Below, in pieces: positions 54,535 through 62,600 of a stretch of DNA of 64,000 bases. Position 1 is the first letter of the stretch, and each line of letters begins with the position of its first letter. The DNA is from Candidatus Eiseniibacteriota bacterium (GTDB lineage Bacteria > Eisenbacteria > RBG-16-71-46 > CAIMUX01 > VGJL01): positions 1 to 64,000 of the forward strand of contig JBHGAY010000008.1 in assembly GCA_041946735.1 (NCBI GenBank), written 5' to 3'. A model generated the notes under the pieces. The model saw only the letters and a list, made by a program, of their open reading frames with translations. It did no database searches and was not told the origin of the DNA. The position numbers and the translations under genes were made by a program.

Positions 54535-56280
54535 ATGAGTCGTCCCGACGCTGAGCTGGCATTCGATCGATTCGCCGATCGCGTGTTCGACGCGCTGCTC
54601 AGCGGCAACCCGATCCTTGCGACGACGCTGGGGATCCACGGCCCTCACGACTCGATGCTGCCGTCGCGCACGGCATCCGCAGCGCAATCTTCGGAGCGGA
54701 TGCTCACCGAACTCCTGCAGGAGGCCGAGAGCTTCCACGAGCGAGAGCTGTCGATCGAGCGGCTCGTCGATCTTCGCCTCGTGCGGTCCGGCCTTGCCGC
54801 CGCGCTTCTACGCGGGCAAAAGAGACCGCTCTGGCGCGTCTGCCCATGCTCCTACGTCAACGACGCGGTCTACGGACTCTACTCGCTGATGGTCCATGAC
54901 TTCGCTCCGCTGCCCGATCGGGCGAGCGCGGTCGGCGGACGCCTCCATGACGTGCCGCGGCTGCTCGACCAGGGACGGGCGAACGTCGAGAATCCTTCGC
55001 CGGTCTTCACCGAGATGGCGTCGCTCAGCGTCCGTGGAGCGGTTCACTTCCTCGACGAGACGGTGGCGCCCTTCCTGGAGGAGGCGGGCGATGTCGTCCT
55101 CCGCGGCCGGCTGGAGGGGGAACGGGTGCGCGCGCGGGAGGCGTTCCTCAAGTACGGGGAGTGGCTGGAAGCGGACCTGATGCCGCGCAGCAACGGACGG
55201 TTCGCGATCGGACGGAGCGCGTACGAGCGCCTCATGATCGAGGAGCAGGGCCTGCGCTGGACGACCGATCAGCTGATCGCGCTCGGACAGAGGATCTATA
55301 CGGAGACGCTGCGCGAGTCGAAGCGGGTCGCCTCCCGCCTCCTGCCCGGCAAGCCGTGGAGCCGCGTGTTCGAGGCGATCAAGACCGAGCATCCGGAGCC
55401 GGAAGGGCTGCTCTCGAGCTACGCGGCGGAAGTGGCCCGGGCGAAGGCGTTCCTGCAGCAGCACGACCTGATCACGATCCCGGAGGACGAGTCGATTTCG
55501 ATCGCCGCGACCCCCGACTTCGCGCGGCCGCTGATCCCGTATGCCGGCTACGTCGGACCGGCGCCCTTCGAGGGCGAGACCGCCGGCACGTTCTGGGTGA
55601 CGACGCCCGACCCGAATCTCGATGAGGGCCACCAGCTCTCGCAGATGAAGGGTCACTCCTATCCGCGGATCACGGTCACCTCGATCCACGACGGCTACCC
55701 GGGGCACCATGTGCAGGCGCTGCATGCCAATCGCCGGACCGACCGGAAGCTGCGCCTGCTCTTTCCCTGCAGCACGATGGTCGAGGGGTGGGCGCTCTAC
55801 TGCGAGGAGATGATGTACGGGCAGGGGTTCTTCCGGAGCGAGAAGGTCCGCCTGCTCCAGCTTCGCGATCTCCTCTGGCGCGCGTGCCGGGTCATCATCG
55901 ACATCGAGCTGCAGACCGGACGAATGGGATTCAACGAGGCAGTCTCCTTCCTGGTGCGCAAGGCGCATCTCGAGCGGCCGAGCGCGGTCGCGGAGGTCCG
56001 CCGGCACTGCGCGTATCCCACGCAGCCGATGAGCTACATCGCGGGGAAGGCTCTGATCGAGGAGCTTCTGCGGGACTATCGTGCGGCGCGGGGCTCCCGC
56101 TTCCGCCTGCGCGAGTTCCACGACGATCTGCTCTCCCATGGGCCGATCCCGATCGATCTGATCCGGCTGGAGATGGGGATCGAGCGGCGCCCCCGCGGCC
56201 GGCCGGGCCGGGCGCCGCTGGAGCGGGCGGAGCCTGCGCGGTCGCGCACGTCAGCCGGCGGACGCAGCCTCTCGGGCTGA
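54535..56280 (+). CDS. DUF885 family protein (putative metallopeptidase)
   Basis: P..AT.LG.H, FAIG...Y, HDGYPGHHVQ, VEGWALYCE, LWRACRVIID, YPTQPMSY..G, FHDDLLSHG. GGAGG RBS. Confidence 0.9.
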   Translation: MSRPDAELAFDRFADRVFDALLSGNPILATTLGIHGPHDSMLPSRTASAAQSSERMLTELLQEAESFHERELSIERLVDLRLVRSGLAAALLRGQKRPLWRVCPCSYVNDAVYGLYSLMVHDFAPLPDRASAVGGRLHDVPRLLDQGRANVENPSPVFTEMASLSVRGAVHFLDETVAPFLEEAGDVVLRGRLEGERVRAREAFLKYGEWLEADLMPRSNGRFAIGRSAYERLMIEEQGLRWTTDQLIALGQRIYTETLRESKRVASRLLPGKPWSRVFEAIKTEHPEPEGLLSSYAAEVARAKAFLQQHDLITIPEDESISIAATPDFARPLIPYAGYVGPAPFEGETAGTFWVTTPDPNLDEGHQLSQMKGHSYPRITVTSIHDGYPGHHVQALHANRRTDRKLRLLFPCSTMVEGWALYCEEMMYGQGFFRSEKVRLLQLRDLLWRACRVIIDIELQTGRMGFNEAVSFLVRKAHLERPSAVAEVRRHCAYPTQPMSYIAGKALIEELLRDYRAARGSRFRLREFHDDLLSHGPIPIDLIRLEMGIERRPRGRPGRAPLERAEPARSRTSAGGRSLSG

Positions 56281-56390
56281 TCCGTTTTCGCGGAGGCCCT
56301 GCCGCGCCCGGAGCGGCGTCACGGTTGCGCGCCTGCTCGACGCTCGTCCTTCCCAGCGATCCCTCAAGCAGCCGCCTGCGCAGGCCGATC

Positions 56391-57125
56391 ATGGGACCGA
56401 TGCCCACGCGCGCCCGCTCCTCGGTACCGCCCGTTGCCGTCGTCGCCCTCGGCGATCTTCGTATGGGGGACGACGGCGTCGCCTTGCGCGTGATGGGCCG
56501 CGTCCGTCCCCTGCTCGGCGAAATCGCGCTCACCGGTTGCGAGCCGACGCCGGACCTTCCGAAGAAGGGCAGCCGCCGGATCGCGTTCTACGGAGGTTCC
56601 GGGGACGGCTCGCGCCGGGTGCTGACGCGCAAGGACCTCCAGGCGCTCGCCGCGCGCCGCGCAGCATCGAAAGGTCCGAAGCCGCTCTGCCGCGTGGTCG
56701 ACTGGGTCGAAGGACGGACATCGATCGAGGCGGTCCGACCCCACCTGCGCGACCGCAAGCGCGTCGTGCTGATCGACGCGATCGCGACCGGAGTGAGCCC
56801 GGGGACCGTGCGCCACTGGCATCTCGAGAGGACGAAGAAGCGCGATCTCAGCGTGATCCGCTTCTACCAGCCGGTCCCGATCGAAGCGCACGACCACCTC
56901 TGCTTCTGGATGGAGGACGACCTTCCCCCTCATGGGACCGATCTGATCGCGATCGAGCCGTATCGGATCGCTCCGGGGGACCAGCTCTCCGCCGTCCTGC
57001 GCTCCCGCCTGGCGGCGATCACGTCGCAGGTCGGCGGGCTGCTCCTCCGGATTCTCGAGGAGGAGGGCTGGCGCTTCGACGAAGAGCCGCGGCCTGCCCG
57101 GCGCGGGGCTTCGCGCACCGCCTGA
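56391..57125 (+). CDS. Hydrogenase maturation protease-like protein (HyaD/HybD fold), divergent
   Basis: VVALGDLRMGDDGVALRV, VVLIDAI..G.SPGTV, LIAIEP...GDQLS. Confidence 0.65.
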   Translation: MGPMPTRARSSVPPVAVVALGDLRMGDDGVALRVMGRVRPLLGEIALTGCEPTPDLPKKGSRRIAFYGGSGDGSRRVLTRKDLQALAARRAASKGPKPLCRVVDWVEGRTSIEAVRPHLRDRKRVVLIDAIATGVSPGTVRHWHLERTKKRDLSVIRFYQPVPIEAHDHLCFWMEDDLPPHGTDLIAIEPYRIAPGDQLSAVLRSRLAAITSQVGGLLLRILEEEGWRFDEEPRPARRGASRTA

Positions 57126-57296
57126 TCGGATCCTCGTCCGCCCATCCGAATACCTGTCGCGCCGACTTTGCGAGTGCCGCCCGCGCCGCCCGAACCGCTC
57201 GCGCCGCTTTGGCGCGTGGCGCTGGCGCATTTGCTACCATCCCCGCGGCCCGTTCCGCGACTTCCGATCGCTGGGATCACGAAGGAGGGATCGATC

Positions 57297-58175
57297 ATGG
57301 ATCCGAACGCCGATCCGCCGGCCCCGAAGCCTGGCGAGCCGCTCACGATGCCCGTCCCGCCGCCGGACGGGATGGAGGAGGTGCGGAGGCGCCACGAGGC
57401 GAATCGCGCGAGCTGGAACGAGGCGGCCGAGCGCTACCGCGAGGAGATCGAGGAGACGATCCGGTTTCTGCGGGAGGGCCGTAGCAATCTCCATCCGATC
57501 GAGCGGCGGAACCTCGGGGAGTTGCGGCGGTGGTGCCGGCGGGCGATCCATCTGCAATGCGCTTCGGGGCGCGACACACTCTCCCTCGTCAACGAGGGGG
57601 TCGCCGAGGTGGCAGGGGTCGACATCTCCGACCTACACATCGAGAACGCGAGAAGGACGAGCGAGGCGCTCGGAATCCCGGCGCGATGGTTCCGGTGCGA
57701 CGTGCTCGAGACGCCGCACGAGCTGGACGGCTGGGCGGACCTCGTCTACACGGGACGCGGCGCCGTCTGCTGGATGCACGACCTCGACGCCTGGGCGGCG
57801 GTCGCGTACCGCTTGCTCCGGAAGGGGGGAGTGTTCCACGTGTTCGACGGCCATCCCTCCACCTACCTGTTCGACTTCGACGCGAGCGAGGTGCGATGGA
57901 GCGGGCTCCACTACTTCCGCTACTGCGAGGTCTCGCGCGGCTGGTCGCCCGGTTATCTCGGCAATCTCGGCAAGCCGGTAGAGGAAGAGGCGCCGAAGTA
58001 CGAGCGGCTCTGGACGATCGCTGACGTCTTCATGGCGCTCCGGGGAGCCGGCTTCGACGTCGAGCGGATCGGCGAGCACCCCGATCCGTACTTCAACGCG
58101 TTTCCGAATCTCTCCGCAGATGCCTGTGCGCGGTTGCCAATGACCTTCTCCGTTCTCGCCCGCCGGCCGCGATAG
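57297..58175 (+). CDS. Class I SAM-dependent methyltransferase
   Basis: NRASWNE, IHLQCASGRDTLSL, GVDIS, DLVYTGRGAVCW, LLRKGG, DGHP. AAGGAGG RBS. Confidence 0.9.
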   Translation: MDPNADPPAPKPGEPLTMPVPPPDGMEEVRRRHEANRASWNEAAERYREEIEETIRFLREGRSNLHPIERRNLGELRRWCRRAIHLQCASGRDTLSLVNEGVAEVAGVDISDLHIENARRTSEALGIPARWFRCDVLETPHELDGWADLVYTGRGAVCWMHDLDAWAAVAYRLLRKGGVFHVFDGHPSTYLFDFDASEVRWSGLHYFRYCEVSRGWSPGYLGNLGKPVEEEAPKYERLWTIADVFMALRGAGFDVERIGEHPDPYFNAFPNLSADACARLPMTFSVLARRPR

Positions 58176-58370
58176 CCAAGATTTTCGCCGCCGAGGCGAA
58201 TCTTCCTTCGCAAGTTCGTTGTCCGGATGCTACTATCGACGGTTCGCTTCCTTGCGCCTTGCTCGACTGCCGAGCGGGGAGGCTCTCCTCCTCACGCCGA
58301 TCGAGCCGGCGCGACCGGGAACCGCGGCCGCCGGTCCCTTCGACTTCCGGGATGCAAAGGGAGTAGATCG

Positions 58371-59453
58371 ATGATGACGATGCGACCGCGCCTCCGCTTC
58401 GCCCTGCCCGCCCGTCTGGCTTCCCTCGCGACTCTCTGTCTGCTCATCGTCGCCGCCGCCAGCGTTCCCGCCGCGCGCGCGGGCGTTCCTCGCGTCATGG
58501 TCGGGGAGGACTTCGGCGCCACCTGGTGACTCTACTGCCTCTATGCCCGGTGCGGGCTTCAGGAAGTGCAGGAGGAGATGGGGCAGGAGATGGTGCATTG
58601 GGAGCTGCACCTCGCCGACGTGTTCGAGATTCCGGAGACGATCGCGCGCGCCGACTTCTACGAGCTGTACGGCCATCCTTACGTCCTGATCGATGGGACG
58701 ATCGGCGCCTTCGGGGCTCTCGACTGCGCGACCGCCGCCGACACCTACCGTCAGATGGTCCAGCAGCGGATCGAGGAAACCGGAGGGATGAGCCCGGTGG
58801 CGATCCAGGGAAGCTGGACGGTCGAGAACGGGACGATCTCGCTGCGTGCCGTGCATCGCGCTGTCGATCCGATGCCCGGATACCCGCTGCGGGCCACCTT
58901 CCTGATCTACGAGGACGGGATCCCGTGGTGTTGCGGGCACGGGCAGGACGTCTGGGACGGAGTGGTGCGACGAATTCGCGACATTCCGGTCGAGCTTGCC
59001 GCTCCCGGCGATTCCGTGGTCGTCACGGCCGAAGTGCCGGTCGAGGCGGACTGGAACGTCGACAGCCTGCACGCCGTCGCCTACCTGCAGGGCTCGGACC
59101 GGGACCGCGACATCCTGCAAGCCACCGTGCTCATCCGCGAACTGCCGGCGTTCGCGGCGGATCCTGGCGCAATGGCAGGGAAGAGCCGGTTTCTGACCCT
59201 GCCGAATCCGCTCCGGCCGGGTTCCCCGGTCTCGTTTCTCGTCTCGGAGCGTGCGGCGGGCTGGCCATTGCGCCTCGAGCTGTTCGACGCCGCCGGCCGC
59301 CTGCTCTACGAGCATCACGAGGGGGAGGCGGCCGCTGGCGTCCGCTCCTGGACGATCCCGCTGGACTTCCCGCGGAACCATCACGGAGTTTCGTTTCTGC
59401 GCCTCTCGACGCGTGACGGCGCGGTGGCGCGCAAGATCGTGCGCCTGGACTGA
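58371..59453 (+). CDS. Putative secreted selenoprotein: signal peptide + Omp28/thioredoxin-like domain (W-U-L-Y-C) + T9SS/FlgD-like C-terminal domain; in-frame TGA 58527-58529 read as Sec
   Basis: ORFs 58227-58529 and 58566-59453 share a frame. Joined they read RVMVGEDFGATW*LYCLYARCGLQEVQEE. A cis-Pro-like GHPYVLIDG motif follows, a hairpin lies just after the TGA, and the C-terminus reads PNP...LELFDAAGRLL...GVSFLRL...RKIVRLD. Confidence 0.8.
58535..58571 (+). promoter_or_regulatory. Putative bacterial SECIS element
   Basis: GCCCG-GUG-CGGGC stem-loop (58545-58557) with a G-initiated loop ~20 nt 3' of UGA. Possible lower stem CUGC(58535-38)/GCAG(58568-71). Confidence 0.6.
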
Positions 59454-59751
59454 TGCCGCGCGCCGCGGCCACGCGGCTGGCGGCGCGCCACTCGCGATGA
59501 CGCGCTCGTAATGTATAAGCGACGATCGCGCGATCGCCTCATCCGTTTCCCGTGTGGCTTCTTCTCCGCTCCCTCCGCGGGATCGACATACGAATTCCTG
59601 TTGCCGTTCGGCAGGCGCGGTGCCCTATAGTGCTCGGTTCCGACGCGGAGCGCCGAAGCCGTAGAGGATCTAGCCACTCCGAGGACCTCCTCCCCGCAAC
59701 TCCGCTCCGCTGCATGCGACCATCCCCCCTCGCTCAGGAGGCAAGAACGGA

Positions 59752-61377
59752 ATGTCGAAGAAGGGCCGCCGCCTTCGGCGTGCGCTCGCGATCCTCGTCT
59801 CTTCGCTCGTCCCGCTCGTTCCGTGCGCGCTCGTCTCGCTCGTTTCGCGCGACGCGGCGGCGGCGCGCGATCCGGTGATCGCCAACCCGGACAGCGCCCT
59901 GGCGATCGCGCTGGCCGGCATCGCCGGGGCTCCGCTCTCCCTCGAGGAGGCGCAGCGGCTCGCGATCGACCGATCGACCGATCTGGGGCAGGCTCGTGCC
60001 GCGCGGGTCGCGGCCGAGGGGGCGGCGCGCCGCGAAAGCGGCAAGTTCGATCCGGAGCTGTTCGCCGAGGTGTCGCACACGCAAGAGGACGCGTCGAGCG
60101 CCTCGCCGTTTGCCGGCGCGGATCTCCTGCGGACGAAGACGACGCTCGGTCTCGCCGGAGCGCGCATGCAGCTTCCGCTCGGAACGCGCCTGGAAGCGGC
60201 GATGACGACGACGCGTCTGCGAACGAACTCCGGCTTCGCGGCGCTCGACCCCGAATACGACGCGTTCGGCTCGCTCTCGATCACCCAGCCCCTGCTGCAA
60301 GGGTTCGGGGCCGGAACGCGGGCGCCTCTCGCCGCCGCGCAGATCGGGGAGCAGGCCGCGCGATCGCGTGAGGACGAAGCGACGCGTGCCGTGCAGGCCG
60401 ATGTGCAGATCGCCTACTGGGACCTCTATGCGGCCGAGCGGGACTACGCAGTGCAGAAGCTGATCGTCGGTCAGGCCGAGGCGCTCCTCGAGGAGACCCG
60501 CACGCGGGCCGGCGCCGGCCTGGTCGGCCCGAGCGAAGTCGCCAACGCGCGCGTGTTCCTGGCGGAGCAGAGGCAGGCGCAGCTCGATCGCGAGGAAGAC
60601 CTTGACCGTCTCTCCGACCGGATGGCCAGACTGATCGGCTCACGCCCGCAAGGCCAGGAAGGACGCTTCCGGCCGACCGACGAGCCGCCGAGCCGGTTCC
60701 CGATCGCCGGCGCCGACTCGCTCGTCAGGGTCGCGATCGAGCGGAACGAGGGGCTCCAGGCGATGCGCGAGGACGTGGTCGCCACGCGCACCCTCGCTCG
60801 CGGCGCCGCGTGGAACGCGCTCCCAGCGCTCGACCTCGTCGCCTCGGTAGGCGGCAACGGCCTCTCCGGGACGCCGCGAAGCGTGATCTTCGGCTCCGAC
60901 ACGCTCCGCACCTCGATTTCCGGGAGCGCTTCGGACGCCTGGTCCGATGTCTTCGGGCGGGACAATCCCACCTGGTCGGTCGGCCTGCGGATGTCGGTGC
61001 CGATCGGCAGCCGCGAAGGACGCGGCGAGCGCGACCGTCTTCGCGCCGAACAGGAGCGGGCGCGGTGGGCGGTCGAGGACGCCTCGCGCCGGCTCGCCGA
61101 TCAGGTCCGCGAGACGCATCGCGAGCTGGTCAACGCGTCGCGAAGGCTCGAGGCGGCGCGCGACGGCGTCGACGCCGCGCAGGAGCAGGTCCGGATCGGG
61201 ATGATCGAATACCGCAACGGACGGACGACCGCCTTCGAGCTCGTGCGGCTCGGAGCCGACGTGGCCTCCGCGCAACGCCGCTACTCGCAGGCGCTCGTCC
61301 GCGCCGCGCAGGCGGCCGCCAAGCTGTCGCTTCTCACCTCGGGCGGGTATCCGGGGGAAACAGGAGGATCCCGATGA
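59752..61377 (+). CDS. TolC family outer membrane efflux protein
   Basis: Signal peptide, LSLEEAQRLAI, ITQPLLQG, AYWDL, W.VGL.MSVPIG, YRNGRTT.FEL. Confidence 0.9.
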   Translation: MSKKGRRLRRALAILVSSLVPLVPCALVSLVSRDAAAARDPVIANPDSALAIALAGIAGAPLSLEEAQRLAIDRSTDLGQARAARVAAEGAARRESGKFDPELFAEVSHTQEDASSASPFAGADLLRTKTTLGLAGARMQLPLGTRLEAAMTTTRLRTNSGFAALDPEYDAFGSLSITQPLLQGFGAGTRAPLAAAQIGEQAARSREDEATRAVQADVQIAYWDLYAAERDYAVQKLIVGQAEALLEETRTRAGAGLVGPSEVANARVFLAEQRQAQLDREEDLDRLSDRMARLIGSRPQGQEGRFRPTDEPPSRFPIAGADSLVRVAIERNEGLQAMREDVVATRTLARGAAWNALPALDLVASVGGNGLSGTPRSVIFGSDTLRTSISGSASDAWSDVFGRDNPTWSVGLRMSVPIGSREGRGERDRLRAEQERARWAVEDASRRLADQVRETHRELVNASRRLEAARDGVDAAQEQVRIGMIEYRNGRTTAFELVRLGADVASAQRRYSQALVRAAQAAAKLSLLTSGGYPGETGGSR

Positions 61378-62600
61378 AGCCGATGCGGAAGCCGTTGTCT
61401 CTGTCGCTGCCGCTGCCGCTGCTGCTTGCGGTGCTCGCGCTCCCGATGGCTCTGTCCTTCGGCTGCTCGAAGAAGGAGGCGGGAAAGAAGGGGGCCGCCT
61501 TCGCGATGCCCCCCACGCCGGTCGAGATCGCGGTCGCCGGCTCGCGGAGCGTTGCCGACGTCTTCGAGGCGGTCGGCACGATCGAGGCGAGAAACGCGAT
61601 CACCGTCGTCTCCGAGATCGACGGCGTCGTCCGGGAGATCCCGTTTCGGGAGGGGGATCCGATCCGCAAGGGAATGCTGATCGCGCGCATCGACGACGAC
61701 CAGCTCGCGGCGGAGGTCGCGAGGACGGAGGCGCTGCGCGATCAGAGCCGTTCGAACTACGAACGGGTGAAGGCGGTCGTCGAGCAGGGAGCGGGAGCTT
61801 CTCAGGACCTCGACGACGCCGCGGCGGCGTTGAAGGTCGCCGAGGCGAATCTCTCCTACGCCCAGGCGCGATTGAAGAAGGCGCGGATCACGGCGCCGTT
61901 CGACGGCGTCATCGGATCGCGGCGGGTGAGTCCCGGGGCGTTCGTCCGGGCGGGCGATGCGCTCACCGATCTCGCGCAGCTCGACCATATCCGCGTGCAC
62001 TTCGCAGTCCCGGAGCGTTACCTGGGCAAGCTGTCGAAGGGAGCGGCGGTGGCGATCTCGACGACCGCCTATCCTGGCGAGCACCTCGACGGGACGATCG
62101 AGGTCATCGATCCGGTGCTCGATCCGGACACGCGCTCCGCGCAGATCGTGGCGGATGCCGAGAACCTGGGAGGGAGGTTCCGCCCAGGAATGTCGGCGAA
62201 CGTGCAGGCGGTGCTCAGCCAGCGGGCGAACGCGCTCACGATCCCCAACGAGGCGGTCTTCGTCGAGGGAAGCCAGGCGTTCGTCTTCGTGATCCAGGCG
62301 GACAGCACGGTCACACGCGCGCCGCTGCAGCTCGGAACGAGGCAGGCGGACGTGGTCGAGGTTCTTCAGGGCCTCGAGCCGGGCGCCCGGGTCGTGCGCG
62401 CCGGTCACCAGAAGCTCTACGACGGGGCGAAGGTGATGCCGGTCGTCAGTCAGCCGGCCCAGGCGTCGGACGCCGGCTCGAACACTGGCGCCGCCGGTGG
62501 CGCGGGCGGCGACGGGGGCGGCACCGCTGGCACCGCGAGCGGCGATGAAGACGCCGCCGCGGACGGCAAGGGAGTCGTGATGGAGGCGGCCTCGCGATGA
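61374..62600 (+). CDS. RND efflux periplasmic adaptor (MFP) lipoprotein
   Basis: Lipobox SFGC, VVSEIDGVV..IPFREG, ITAPFDGVIG, IDPVLDPDTRS, FRPGM, GLEPGARVV..G. ATGA overlap. Confidence 0.93.
   Translation: MKPMRKPLSLSLPLPLLLAVLALPMALSFGCSKKEAGKKGAAFAMPPTPVEIAVAGSRSVADVFEAVGTIEARNAITVVSEIDGVVREIPFREGDPIRKGMLIARIDDDQLAAEVARTEALRDQSRSNYERVKAVVEQGAGASQDLDDAAAALKVAEANLSYAQARLKKARITAPFDGVIGSRRVSPGAFVRAGDALTDLAQLDHIRVHFAVPERYLGKLSKGAAVAISTTAYPGEHLDGTIEVIDPVLDPDTRSAQIVADAENLGGRFRPGMSANVQAVLSQRANALTIPNEAVFVEGSQAFVFVIQADSTVTRAPLQLGTRQADVVEVLQGLEPGARVVRAGHQKLYDGAKVMPVVSQPAQASDAGSNTGAAGGAGGDGGGTAGTASGDEDAAADGKGVVMEAASR

Noticed and set aside
58227..59453. Two separate genes, or a nonsense pseudogene
   Set aside because: The stop is TGA, falls exactly on the catalytic Cys position of a WCxxC motif, is followed by a SECIS-like hairpin, and both halves are otherwise intact and in frame. 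Recoding is more parsimonious, though unproven.
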